A DNA stretch of 64,000 bases, from the NCBI GenBank assembly GCA_051294375.1, contig CM119264.1, positions 20,488,248 through 20,552,247 on the forward strand, written 5' to 3'. This DNA comes from Paraspadella gotoi (Eukaryota > Animalia > Chaetognatha). Each line of letters starts with the position of its first letter. Within the stretch, counting starts at the first letter, position 1. The notes beneath the pieces are model-generated. The model searched no databases. It worked only from the letters and a program-made list of their open reading frames with translations, and had not been told where the DNA came from. The position numbers and the translations under genes are program-made. Shown piece by piece: positions 1-14,100 of this stretch.

Positions 1-3000
1 ATATACTTTTTGGCGCCGTGTTAATCTGGTATTATAATAAATATATATGACGATTTATATCGTCAACGCGCGAATTTTTTTTATAACAAACGAGAGTTGA
101 TCAAGTCTAACAATGCCACACATATTATGAACAAAAAGCGTGAGAGACCACAAGGCGCAGCAGGGACTTCAAGTAGGCTGCTAAGTCTAAATCATAAATA
201 TAGTAAAGAATAAAGATAAAATAAACAAGTTAATTAAATAATAATAAAATTCAGTATTTAATAAAGATATATAAATAACTCACATTATTATAATAATTGA
301 TTCTCTTATTGCTTGTCTAAAATATATTGCTTAAACAAAACATATGGCTTTCTAGAAGAACGCAGTATTTCTAAGGAAAATATTGTATATTATCTTTGAA
401 GATCGCTATAAGGTCTTTTGTATCGCTTACGTATTATCAAAAATTTGGCATGAAAAAGCTAGTTGATGGGTCTGTTAATGGTATCCAAATCCATGACTCC
501 TAAGTCCTCTTCTCACACTCACTTTCCCATTCTATTTCATACTACCAAAAATCTTTGCAGTACACCATTCATCTCTCACTACAGCCAAACTATACATTAT
601 ACGTCATTAAATACGTACAGCCAAAAGTCTTTCATAATATGACTTCTTCATGTGCGACATGCTGAATAAAATATGACAATTTAATTTTACTCCAAACAAT
701 AGCAAGGAAATTATTATTGATGCATAATTCAAATACTTTTCCAAAAGAGTTGTCTCCAAATTGGTTATCTACTCTCGTATTTTGGATCATAAGAATTGCG
801 ATCATATTCACACTTCATTGTTATATTATATATATAACAATTTTGACTAAATGCATTTTTATGAATTATATTTTAGCTTGCCAAAAAGATTAGCCCGCCT
901 TGGTAAAGCTACGTAAAAATATTGATCCCTTCTCATCAAAGTATAAATTTCCAGGGCTTAGTTTTTGCTCTGCATTGATATCTTTCAATTTCAACTAAAT
1001 TTGTGATGTTTCTTCTTTTTTTGAGTCATTTGTTTTGTATTTTATCGTCTGATAATACATGCCACATTTGCGCTAATATGAAAATGATCAACTATTGTCT
1101 TGGATAGCAAAGGTTACCCAGGAGCCTTTATTATGATTAGATAAGATTTCATCGCTGAAGTCTATCGTTATGGGCATTGAATGTTCCAAAATAGTGTTAC
1201 CCATATCTGAACACGTATTCGCCGTGACATGTCGAGAGAGAACGCGAAACGTTACGCTGCCAACAAGTCAATGATTAAATAAAAAGAACCGGAAATTAGT
1301 ATGTTATAAATGAAAAGTGCTAGGATATAAAAAAATCATAAAAAAGAAGAAAGCATATATTTTGCCGGACAATTCGCTTTTCTTGCTTTGGTAACTTCTT
1401 GATTTTTTTGCTCACATAATATGGGACACAGCCATATGAATCAAAAACGGCCCAAAAGTTTCTCGCATATCTAAATTTTTATTTTCCGATTCTCACATGT
1501 GTCTAAAATGACGAAAAATAGGCATGGAAGAAAGTATATCTCGACAGATTTTTTATGTTATTCATCGGCTTAGACTGGGAAGTGACTATTTTATTTAAAC
1601 GACCAAGAGCGTTCGTCTTCGATGCGGTACTCACATTATTATCTCCTGTTGTTATTTCTTGTCCTTCCTTTCCCGCGCTTAAATTTCTTTCTTATTTGAT
1701 ATTCATTAGTTAGTTTCTTTTATTTATCTTAATTCGTTTTTCTTAGTTGTTCGTTTTTTTTTTTTTGTTTTTATCGTTTTTGTTTTGTATATATCTTCTA
1801 CCTTTTTCCCAACTTTTCTAGCTAAAGAGTTTTCTTCCGCCTTTCCCTTCAACCGCTCCACGTCTAATTATATGCTACTTATGCATGTCCAATCCTCACC
1901 CCCCCCCCCTCCTCCCCTTCAGACTCGGGTCCCCTCAATGACGCATCATCCGCATCGCCTCCGTCGTCGGACTACTTTTCGTCTTCTATCTTATCTTCAT
2001 GCTTGCTGCATCACGCGCCGATATTCATCCATTCTACATCAATTACAGCCAACGAGAGCTGCGGAGCCCTCTTTAAGAACGCCATGACGCCCGCTTGATT
2101 TTTCAGTTAGCCTTATTTACCTCTGGTTAAAAACTCTACTTGCAGAAAAACGTGCTGCCCAGATAGCCCGCCCTAAATTATATGGGACCTAAAAATGTTA
2201 GACGAAACTCGATTTAAAAAAGATTCAACCATTTTTACTATATATAGTAGACGCGAAAATCTTGCTTAAAAAAATTCAACATTTTTCTAATAGAGATTTC
2301 CGTTCGAATCATGACCTGCCCAACTTTAACAAACGAGCCTGCAGAAAATTCCTGCCGTTTAGAAAACAGTTGTAAAAAACACCCGCATTCGACAGCTTTG
2401 CATCTCAACGAGCTCGTTCTTCTTCTTCTGTGCACCAGACGCTTCTTGATAAAGCCAGCATACATCCATGGCCCACCTTTCACCATAGTCAACACAAAAA
2501 CGCGCGCACCCAATCTCTCAACCCAGTACACACCCCACAGGCAGCCAATAACTGACAAGCTTAATGAACTCGCCCGAGATGCGGCCGATCTGACAATGTG
2601 CCTCACCCAAACCCCACTCCCCTTCTTAGTATAGAAATGAAAGCTGAAATGATCACTTTTTTAAAATTACAAACGGACGCAGTCACCTCCGCTCCCTTCT
2701 ATGGGCAAACTATACTAGTAAGTAGCCATCGCTATAAATGCGTCCTTCTCTTCTGCGTCATATTATGCAGATTACCAAAAGCCTTGTCTGCTCACCTAGC
2801 AGCCTCGTTCTATATTTTTACTTTTTATTATTGAACCAATTTTTCCATATGTAAACCAAAAAAAAAAAAAAAACAACTATGCGCTAAACAGTGAATTTGC
2901 GTCCAGTTGTCATCGCAAAATTTTTATTTTAGGAAAGAGAAGATTTAAAAGGTTGCGATCTGAAGGTTAAGAGAAAACTTATGATTTCGCTAATATCTTT

Positions 3001-3331
3001 TGAAGGAACAAAGATAAATGCGTTTCGACAATAGTACCAAAAGAAGCCATAATCATAGGGCACATTCAAAGATACAGATTAGAATGTTTTTGCTGCATTT
3101 GTTTTTTTACTGAAATCTCTTACAAGGGGTGAGTGCTCAAACTAAGCTCAAAATCGTATAAGTTAATTTTAAAACACTAATGAACACCCCATAAGCAAAT
3201 AAATAAAAATTATCATCCTTTAATCGATTCTGAAAGCGCGAAAAAAAAGACCGCCTAAATTAGTACTCTAGTAAAAACTTAAAAAGTCTTTTTTGGTATA
3301 AAACTCCAGAAAATGAATTCTCGACTCATCT
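1..3331 (+). repeat. Insertion-riddled direct duplicate of ~7640-10200 (includes a frameshifted copy of the TRP S5 exon at ~1923-2090); probable unpolished long-read gap fill
   Basis: Colinear with 7.64-10.2 kb but with scattered extra bases (e.g. 1923 ACTCGGGTCCCCTCAATGACGCATCATCCGC vs 9124 ACTCTGGGTCCCCTCCAATTGACGATCATCCGC); ends at an N gap (3332-3356). Confidence 0.8.
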
Positions 3332-3356
3332 NNNNNNNNNNNNNNNNNNNNNNNNN

Positions 3357-4260
3357 CAGACAAGCAAATATTTAATTGACAAAAAATTCAAATTTTTTTA
3401 TTCAAAAAACATTAAAGTTTTACTAGAGTACAATTTAGCGTTTTTTTTTTCAGAATCATTAAAAAGAATTAAATTTTCATTTATTCTTATGGGGTGTCAT
3501 TAGTTTTAAAATTCATTATAGTTTTGACTTAGTTTGACACTCACCCTGCAATTTTAAGTTTGTAAACTTTCCCTTTCATTTCTATAGTAAAAATGAGGTT
3601 TGATAATGCTCCGGAGATGAGTAGTGCATTTCCCCTGGCTTGTTTGATATTAAATCCTTTATCAAATGCCATATAACGAATAGGACAAGCTCTTAAGATG
3701 TAACGCTCTCGGAATCGTGCGTTTTTACAAGTGTTTTTTAACCGAATTTCTGGCAAACGCGTTTGCAATTTGGGTAGTCAGATTTGAACGGAATTCTCTA
3801 TTAGAAAAATGTTGAATTTTTTTTAAGCGAGATTCTCGTCTAATTGATGCTGTAAATGCTCCAGAATATTTTTTTTATATTATACAGTATCAATAAAAGT
3901 TATACGGTTCTGAGTAATCTTTTTGTAAACAAGTTTTTATTTTTTTTTATTTCTGGATGTATTATCAGAAGCAAGTATCAAACAAATCCAAAAAAAAATA
4001 TTATGGAGTAGTAACTCAAACCTGATATACTTATTGGGGATCAATCTTTTTCACTGCTTGCCAAGTACCATTTTTTTGCCCTAAACCTGAAAAAAAATAT
4101 CATATCAGAGATATAATATTTATAATAATCAAAAAGATGTGAAAAGAGCTGGAGACAACCTCTTTTGGAAGTATTTGTATGTATTAAATAATTTTATGCT
4201 GTTGAAAAATATTATTTTTATTCAGTCCTAAGCAGGTCATATTACATATTAAAACCTATT
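3357..4260 (-). repeat. Diverged inverted copies of intronic repeats also present at ~8.1-8.4 kb, 10.04-10.23 kb and 10.82-11.02 kb (unclassified interspersed repeats)
   Basis: 3549 CAATTTTAAGTTTGTAAACTTTCCCTTTCATTTCTA is the reverse complement of 10987-11022; 3357-3547 matches rc of ~10040-10230; ~3950-4220 resembles rc of ~8090-8410. Confidence 0.6.
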
Positions 4261-4779
4261 TCCAGGCAAAAAATATTTGACAATGAAATTAATAAACTTA
4301 ACAATTTTTTTTCTATCATGGTACAAACAAAAATTCAAGCAAAGACGAAAGAACAATAGGAATACTGTGTCAAGTTAATATTCTTCTCGTGTTCAAAAAA
4401 TCGACAATTCGATTTTCGAGAAGAGTTGCGTTTCATTGAATTAACTCTGCGTTTTCTCTCCATTCAACGCGAGATGCTCGGGAAATCATAATAAAGATGA
4501 TTAGATAAAACCGACCACAGAATTAACTGTATTTGATGTAGTTGCGGAAACCACAATAACCAAACCGTTGTCAGTAATTAAAGGATAGTATACTTTTAAT
4601 TTCTCAGCGGCGTCAAGCCTCAAGGTAATTTCTTGAGTTTTAAAAAATGTTTAGCGATATGTACATTGTACATAATCTTAGAAAGGATCTTTTTCATATC
4701 GAGTTTGGTTTCAATCGATAATCTAAACGTTGGCACGGAGGGAGGGAAGAGATAGACGGTGAATGAGAGGGGGTGAAGG

Positions 4780-4832
<53 letters not shown>

Positions 4833-5143
4833 AATTCTGTTTTGCGGAGAAAATTGTAAGAGAGAGCGGGGACATTTGATTTTGTGAGGAAGAAGATAAT
4901 AGAAATAGTAAAAATCGTGCATTGAATTATGCAAATATATGTTTCAAAATATCAAACGACAAACTCAAGGAATGACAATCAAGTTATATTGCGTCCAAAT
5001 TTAAAATTTAAAACGCCGCTAAAACTTTTAAACTGTTTAAACTGAATGCTGACAATTTTAAAGAAAAAAAAAGTAACGGCCGACTTTCGGGGTAGTCACG
5101 AATGACTGCAGAAACGTCCTCCACATTTCTCTTATTTTCCCAG

Positions 5144-8100
5144 GAAATTCGGCTCCTTCGTCGCATGGGATGGAAACACTACTCGGACGACTTTTGGAAC
5201 ATTTACTTTCTTGTAACCTGCTTCCTCTTCATCTCGGCCTACGTGACTTTCTTCGTGGGAATGGGGGTAATTCGCACCGAGTGGTACAACTCAGGAATCG
5301 ACGATCAGACCAAGAAACACTATGACTATCATAATGAGAATCACATCGAATACGAGAGGTCACCCGAAAAAAAAAAAAAAAATTTTGTGAAGATTAATAA
5401 TAGCTTGTTTATTGAATGAATGAATAATTTTATATTGGTTGTACTAATTTCATACATAAAAATATCGTTATCTTGACGAATTTAATTCCAGATACGAAAT
5501 GTGGGACAACAACTATATCCTGATAACGGAGGCTATATTCAGCTTCGCCACCATATTAGCTTACGCCAGAGTCATGCAAATCTTTCAGTTGCACAAGGTA
5601 AACAACTTTTTCGGAAGGGAATTGATGCTCTCGAGAAAAATTCTTGTCCTCAGAATGGATTTGTACTACGAGGGTATGGAGCAGGGATGTGGAGCTGGAG
5701 CTGGAGTCGGAGCTGCCGGAGCTGGCATATTTGGCCGGAGCTGGAGCTGAATTTATTTTCTTACCGGAGCGGGAACGAGAGCTGGAGCTGAGATTTTATC
5801 TTGGCCGGAGCTGGAGCTTCGGAGCGTGCAAAAAAGGTCCAACTCCAGCTTCAAGAAAATTTTAGAAATAATAAAATTTATAAAAATGAAAAATAATATT
5901 AATTTTTTGAAATCTGAAGGAAATGCTCTTTGATGACAGTGACCATTAATTAAGATAGTTTTACTTACAACTTGCAAACATCTAAGGCAGGGGATCACTC
6001 AACCTAAAATTGTCAAATCTCAATTTACTGTATCTTAATCATTTTCTCGCATCCTGTAAGAGGTTATCATCGCATCAATTATTGGTTATCATCGCATCTC
6101 AATCATTTAGTTATCATCGCATCAATCTCTTTGGTTATACATCGCATCAATATTTGGTTATCATTGAAGGGAGGCTCGATCCTATTCTTTTAAGATTTTT
6201 GGATATTATAATGAGTACTATAATCTCATTTGTCATATTGCAAGTAAATCCTAATGAAGTGAAAATTTCAAACAAAAATACTGAATCCAATTATGTAATA
6301 TGAAAATTTCAGAGCTATTTCAATGATGAGAAGCCATATCTAAATTTTTAACTTACTATATTCGCACACTTTTTATAAAACTTCATTTTAATTTATAATA
6401 ATTTTTATTAAAAAAATAAAAAAACGGTAAGTCCCAGCCGACGACGACGACGACGTCGTCACAAAGAAGCTCACCCAAATCAATATCGAGCCTGAACTGG
6501 CTTAGCCGGTAGGCTCGTTAAAAAAATGGTAAGTCCAAGCCAAAACTGTAAAAGCGTAGTAGTTTTTAGATTTTATACAAAATCACCTTAATGGTAAAAT
6601 CCTAATAACTAATTAAAATATTTTAAAATGTGAAAGGTAAAATTTTATATAAATGTTATTTTATATAAAGTAAATAAACTATTAATTATGTGGGGAGTAA
6701 ATGTTTATCTTCTACTTTCTTATACTCTCTTATACTTATTGTCTACATTTAAATACAAATCGAACGTTAAATATTAAAAAATGCATAATTATTATTAATA
6801 AATAAACTATCAAATGATTTCATACATGAATTAATAAAATTATTATTTATTTAAATATAAGCAAATAAATAAGTTATAAATAAGTAAATTAATAAAATTA
6901 GTACTGATTTAAATACAAGCAACATTAAACTTTAAAGGGTCTGAGCTGGGAGAGGGAGTAGGAGCTGGAGCTGTCTCAAAATTGTTATTGGAGCTGGAGC
7001 TGGAGTTGGAGCTGGAAAAAAATATAGAATGGAGTCGGAGTTGGAGCTGGAGCTGAAAAATTTTTTAGGTCGGAGTTGGAGCTGGAGCTGGAGAAAAAAT
7101 TGCCAGCTCCACAACCCTGGTATGGAGGAATGTTGATCTGAGGGTTTGGGACGGGGACTCAGTCTCTCACGTCTCTAAGTCAAAAAAGGATCTTGTCGTT
7201 GCATTCGGGCAGTGGCGCAGAAATTGATGGCCGCAGTTCTTTTAAAGAGCCATTCTATTGTAGCTCTGTAATTAATGGTTTTAAGAGTGGAGAAACAACG
7301 AGTCAGAATCACAACCGATGGGAAATGATACTGGATGGAGCTAGAAAAAGGCAAATGGGATTGGGAATGTCGTAAAGACAAGTGGAAGGGTGAGCTCACT
7401 GAGCATTGAGGGCTGTGCTTGTAGCTTTTAAAAAATATGGCAATATTGGTTTTTTGGGGTGTTTTTCACAGGTGGGATGGTTGGGTGTATGATGGGGCTT
7501 TTAAAATGCTCCGTGGTGGGGAGTAGGTGAGAACGCAGCGTCGGGGTTTTTTTTTTTATGGTTATGGGAAACTTTGCTTTAACCATGATGAAAAAAAAAT
7601 TGTCTCGGTTTTGAAAAGTCGGTTAATTTCATTGTTAAATATACTTTTTGGCCGGTTAATCGGTTTTAATATATATATGCGATTTTATTCGAATACAACG
7701 AGGTTGATTCAGTACAATCATCATCAACAAACAAACAAACAAAGACAGACTAAGTCTAAGCATAAAACATAAAATAGAGAGAAAAAAAAACAGTTAATTA
7801 AATAAAATTAATTAATTAAAATTTAAACAATTAAAAATTGTTCTTATGTTGTAAAAAATGGAACAAGTTTCTGAAGAACAGTATTTTTCATTGTATATAT
7901 CTTTGAGATAAAGGTTTTCTTACGATTATTAAAAATTGTGGATAGGTCGTGGTATCCAAACATACTCCTAAGTTCTCTCACACTTTCCCATCGATTATAT
8001 CCAAAAATCTTTCGTACACCATCATTTACAGCAACATTAAGTCTATTCATATTACGTACAGAAAAAGTTTTCATAATATGACCTCCATGGACTGAATAAA

Positions 8101-11100
8101 AAATTATTTCTCAACAGCATAAAATTATTTTGTGCATTCAAATACTTCCAAAAGAGGTTGTCTCCAACTGTTTTCACCTCTTTTTGATCAAGAGGACTAT
8201 TCACATTATTGTTAATATTATATCTTTGACATAATATTTTTTATGAAATTTAGGGCAAAAGATAGGCCTTGGTAAGCAGTAAAAATGATTGATCCCTTAT
8301 AAAGTAAACCAGGCTTGAGTTTTTGTTGCATTATCTTTCATTTCAACTAAATTTTGATGTTTCTTCTTTTTTTGGATTTGTTTGATATTTGGTTCTGATA
8401 ATACATCCACAGGTAAATGAAAATGATAACTTTGCTCATAGAAAGGTTACCCGGAGCCTTATTAAGATTAAGATTAAGATTCATCGCTGAATCTATCGTA
8501 ATGGAGATGATGCAATAACCATTTGACATGAGAATGAGAAAAGGCTGCCACAAGTAATGGATTAATAAAAAAGAACCGGAAATTAGTATGTATAAATGAA
8601 AAGTGTAGATATAAAAAATATAAAAAAGAAGAAAGCATTTTTTGGACAATTCGTTTTCTTCTGCTTGGAACTCTTGTATTTTTTGTCGTACATAAATGAG
8701 ACACAGCTCATATGAATCACAAAAGGCCAAAGTTTCTCGATATCTAAATTTTATTTTTCGATTCTCACATTAAAATGCCGAAAAATAGCTGGAAAGTAAT
8801 CGCGACAATTTTTTTTTTCATCATGGTAGACTGGAGAATGTTTTTTTAAACGACCCTCGTCTCGATGCGTCTCACATTTTCTCCCTGTTTATTTCTTTCT
8901 TCCTTTTCCGCGCTTAAATTCTTTTCTCTTCTTTGTTGATTCATTATTTTTCTTTCTATTTATCTTACGTCTTTTCTTTGTTTTTTTTTTTTTTTTATCG
9001 TTTTTGTTTTAATATCTCTTACTTTTTCCACAACTTTTTCTAGTAAAAGTTTTCTTCCGCTTTTCTCCCTCAAACCGTCCTAATTATATGTACCTTACTC
9101 ATGTCCAATCCTCACCCTTCCAGACTCTGGGTCCCCTCCAATTGACGATCATCCGCATCGCCTCCGTCGTCGGCTACTTTCTCGTCTTCTTCTTCATCTT
9201 CATGTTCTGCATCACGTGCGGTATTCATCTCATCTACATCAATTACGCCAACGAGTGGAGCGTCTTTAAGAACGCCATGACGGGTTTGATTTTTCAGTTG
9301 CCTTTTTACCTCTGGTTAAAACTCTGCAGAAAAAACGTGTGCCAGATAGCGCCCTAAATTATGCTAAAAATGTAGACGAGAATCTCGATTTAAAAAAGAT
9401 TCAACATTTTTCTTATAGTAGGCGAAAATCTTGCTTAAAAAAATTCAACATTTTTCTAATAGAGATTTCCGTTCGAATCTGACTGCCCAACTTTACAAAC
9501 GAGCCTGCAAGAAATTCCGGTAGAAAACAGTTGTAAAAACACCCGATTCCGACAGCTTTGCATCTCAAGAGCTCGTTCCTTTCTTCTTGTGGCTTTTGAT
9601 AAAGATTTTACTATCAAACAAGCCAGGGGAAATGAATCCGGAGGATTTTCAAAACTCATTTTTACTATAGAAATGAAAGGGAAATTTCACTTTTTTTAAA
9701 ATTACAAACGGGATTAGGGTATGTTAGCATTATAAATGGTCCTTTGAATTATGAGATTCCAAAAGCCTTGTGTCCCTAGAGCTCGTTCTATTTTTCTTTT
9801 TATTATTGACCAATTTTTTCATATTAAACCAACATGGTAAAGTGAATTGGTCCAGTTCTCATCGCAAAATTTTTATTTAAAAAGAAATTAAAAGGAAGGT
9901 TAAGAGAAAAACTTATTTTTCCTAATATCTTTTGAAGGAACAAAGATAAATGGTTGGCAATAGTACCAAAATGAAGCCATAATCATAGGGCACATTCAAG
10001 ATACAATTTTAGAATTTTTTTTGCTGAAATCTCTTTACAGGGTGAGTGTCAAACTAAGTCAAAATTATAATTAATTTTAAAACTAATGACACCCCATAAG
10101 AATAAATAAAAATTATATTCCTTTTAATGATTCTGAAAGAAAAAAAGCTAAATTGTACTCTAGTAAAACTTAAAAGTTTTTGGATAAAGAAAATGTAAAT
10201 TGTCTATCACTTAAATAATTGCTTGTCTGATTTTACAAGCATGCTTACAAAATTCTACAAAATATTATTCACCCCATCACAGTCTAAGTATTTATCTTTC
10301 TTTTCCACCAGCAAAAAGTAAACATTATCCTATTTTAGAGAACAGGGATGTTTACTGAAAGGAGCCAGAAGATGTTCAACTTCTTCACTTTAATTTCCAT
10401 TTTTTAATAATAAAATAGGCAAAATTTTTTAATTACTCAACTTTCACAGGCTTCACAAGACATTACACTTTCACAATATCCCAATGTTAATGTAATGTAT
10501 TATATTTTTTTACCTAGAAATTATAAAATATTTAGAAAGTTGTGGATTCCTTTCGCTCATGAAAGGAAAAAAAAATTAACTAGCGGAATTATAAGTTGTG
10601 AAGAGGAAGTCAGAATCGGCGAAAATCTTAAAAGGCGAAAATGTTGAAAAAAGGGAGAGGAATTTTGGTTGTTTTTGGTCGATTTCTTCTAAACCCATTG
10701 GCCAATTTAGATGTACTTAAGATTTACATTATTCCAGTCATTCTCTATCCAAAAATATAAAAATATTACGAAAAAAGGTTTGGGATCGAGTTTCGGAATT
10801 TGGTTCTCAATACTTATAGAGATTTCCGTTCAAATCTGACTACCCAAATTGCAAACGCGATTGCCAAAAATCCGGGTAGAAATCAGTTGTAAAAACGCAG
10901 GATTCCGATAGCGTTACATCTGAAGAGCTTGTCCTATTCGTTTTTTCACATTTGATGAAGAATTTTCAAAACCTCATTTTTACTGTAGAAATGAAAGGGA
11001 AAGTTTACAAACTTAAAATTGCAAACGGGATTGCTATATGTTCCTGTTACATGAGAGACTTCGAATTTCGCGATTCCGATAGCTTTGTGTCTGAATAGCT

Positions 11101-14100
11101 TGTCCTATTTTTCTTTTTCATTTTATAATGATATTCTTAACATTTTATCCAAAAAATCCAGGAGAATCTCGGATGTAAATTTGGGATTTTGTATTGTGAA
11201 AAAAGCGCGGAATAAATGGCAATAATAAAAGTTTTAAGAAGGAAAAAAATAATCAGAATTTTTCAAAAAACGAACGATCAGGCATGAGATCGTACAGAGA
11301 GAGAGAGAGAGAAAGAGAGACAAATATATATAATTTATATATTGAGGCGACTTACCACCGTCTCTCTCTCTTAACCCTTCCTCTCTCCTCTTTCTCCGTG
11401 CCGGTCTATTCAACACGGTCACTTTGCCCTAGCTTGGCAATGACCTTAGATTGACCGGACACAGTAATAGGGCCGAGGCCTCAATATATAATTTAAGAAA
11501 TAAAAGAAAGGCAAAAATATGTTACAATTGTTTACAATTGGGATTTTTCCCATTTTTTTCCAATCGCAGCTTGTAAAAGATTTTATTTTTATTTGTATTA
11601 AAATTAAGATATAGCTTCTCATTAAAAAAATCCTTTGAGTTCCCATTTTATTAGAGATTTAAAAAATTTTTTTTGAATTTCATCTTCAATATTATATACT
11701 GCAATATGTAAATTAGATTAAAGCATTTCTATATACTAATTTGGATATTATAATGAGTACTATAATCTCATTTGCATATTGCAGTAAATCATAATGAAGT
11801 GGAAATTCAAACAAAAAATACTTAAATCCAAATGTAATGAGAAAATATCAAGCTATTTTAAAATGAGAAGCCATATCTAAATTTTTAACTTACTATGATT
11901 GCACACTTTTGTAAAACTTATCATAATTCATAATAATTTTTATTAAAAAAACGGTAAGTCACAAAGCCAAACCTATAAAAGCGTAGTAGTTTTTATATTA
12001 AAAGAGCGTGACGCCGACGACGCCGACGACGATGACGACTACGTCACAAAGAAGGAATCCTAAAACATTATAGAGCCAGGACCAGGCGAAGCCTATCCTG
12101 GCTCGATAATAATTACAATGATGAAAAACTATTTGTACCTCGTTCCAGGTCGAATCGAGTGCATCGAACAATCGGACAAGTTCTCCTCCATCACCAACAC
12201 ATTCTCCACACTCTTCAGCGCCCTCTTTGGCCTGGGCGACGCCGACGACCCAGACGTCGTCAAGCGTAACCTCCTCTTGGGCGACAAACACGCCCACCAA
12301 CTGACGACGGCGGATCGACGCGAGTTATGCGACAGTGGTTCGCTTTCTTATTCAGAATTGGAGGCTCTAATCAAGAAGGTAAGGTTGGGAATGATCGGCG
12401 AAGGAAAGAGGGATGGTTAATGTTTTTTTTTTTATGTAGGACCCTATATTTTTTAAAAAAATATCATTTTGAGTTTAATGAACCTAGAAATTAGCATCTT
12501 CAAGTTTTGTTTTTATTGAGTTTTAAGTCATGAGTTTCTCATAAAAATAAAAAAAAAATTAACTCTAGATGAATCTGACGGACGATGACTTTAAGCCGGC
12601 CAAACCTGTGCCGTCTGAGAGTCTCGGTTATCTCATTTTCGGCTTCTATCAAGTGGTAGCCGTCATCATGCTGCTCAACCTCCTCATCGCGATAATGAAC
12701 TCCGTCTGGGAAGAGATCAAGCTCCACTGTGACATTCTCTGGAAGTTTAATCAGGTGAATGAGTAATTTATTTATTTAGCAGCATAAGTTGAATCGCGTA
12801 GCGTTAGGGAACTGACATTGACAAGAGGGCTGTCGAGAGCTTATTATTTTTGTAAGGTCTTTTGAAAACCGCTTTGTTCAAACCAATATAGCGATTTAGA
12901 GGGAAAAGAAATTTAAAAAAATCTATATGCTTATTTCTTTCTCCTCTCGTTTTTTTTTAAACGTGGTGGGTTGGCCATTATTTTCTCTTTGTTCCATTTA
13001 CCGATAATCCGATAGGAACGAAAAAGAAAAAAGGTCTTTAGTGTTCACGAAGGAAAAATTTTCTTTAAAAGACGCAAGAATTAAATTTCTATAATTTTTG
13101 TTGAAAAAAAACCCCAACCTCTGCTATTATTATCCTTTGCCAATTCTTACGCAGTAGCAACCTAAAAGATATCTTATGTCAAAGCAATACAGATCTGCTC
13201 TAAAAAAGTTTAATAGTTATGATAAAAGCATTTTATTTCGTTATTTGAAGGAAAATAATATTTTTTAGGACTCAGTTAGTTAATACATTGTCGGACCACT
13301 ATTTGCTTCCAGCACCGTTTGCATGAGACAAAAGAGAGAGTCGTAGAGGCTGGGAAAATATTAAGTGTACTGCAAAATGTCCCTTTTCATCCTTGACCAG
13401 ACATTTTCGATGATGTTGCAATCAGGCGAGATTCCGGGCTAACCTTCGAGCACCTCCATCCTGTTTTCCTCATGAAATTTTGGGGGGGCTTTGGCTTTGT
13501 ATCCAGGAGCTCTATCCTCCATGAAAAGTTGCCCATTCACTGTTAAATGACTGGCAGCAATTTTTCTTCTCTCCATTTTTTTCTCAACTGGCTTGCAGAA
13601 GCCTTACGGTCTTGAATTGCAAGACTTTCCAGGTCATCGTCCTTGCTCTTCGTGGACATGCAAGGCCGCTTGCTTCCAACAGCTCGTCCAAGGTTTCTAT
13701 TTGCTTCAAATTTGTTGACAACTCTGCAGATGGCTGTAGGAGAGAAATGAAGCTGTTTAGCGATCCTATATCTTGACAAACCCGCCTACCAAAGCTCAAC
13801 AATTGCACCTTTCTTTTTGGGGTTTAGCTGTTTTGAAGTTTGCATGGTAAAATAACATAAAAAAAAAAAAAAACAAAGATGGATAAAAAAACTTCTATAA
13901 TATTTAGCCTAAAATCCTCATCATGGGCTCGAATGAAAGATATTTGTCTTGGCTTTCATATGAACCCAAGATTTAATTAATAGGATGACAAACAAGCGAG
14001 ATAGTAGGGGTTCAAAGATTAAACATTTTTTTGAGCAGATCTGTACAAAATAAATAGAAAATTAATGCGACGTGGTTCCCGTTGTTTTACAGACGTCGTT

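Noticed and set aside
2238-2834. ORFs of 78-122 aa in a C/A-rich stretch
   Set aside because: Fall in the lowest-quality part of the noisy duplicate of 9.4-9.8 kb; no recognisable protein features.
5644-7114. GAGAGA / ELELE / LQLQL ORFs resembling silk or collagen
   Set aside because: They are the (GGAGCT)n subterminal repeats of the hAT MITE defined by TIRs and an 8-bp TSD.
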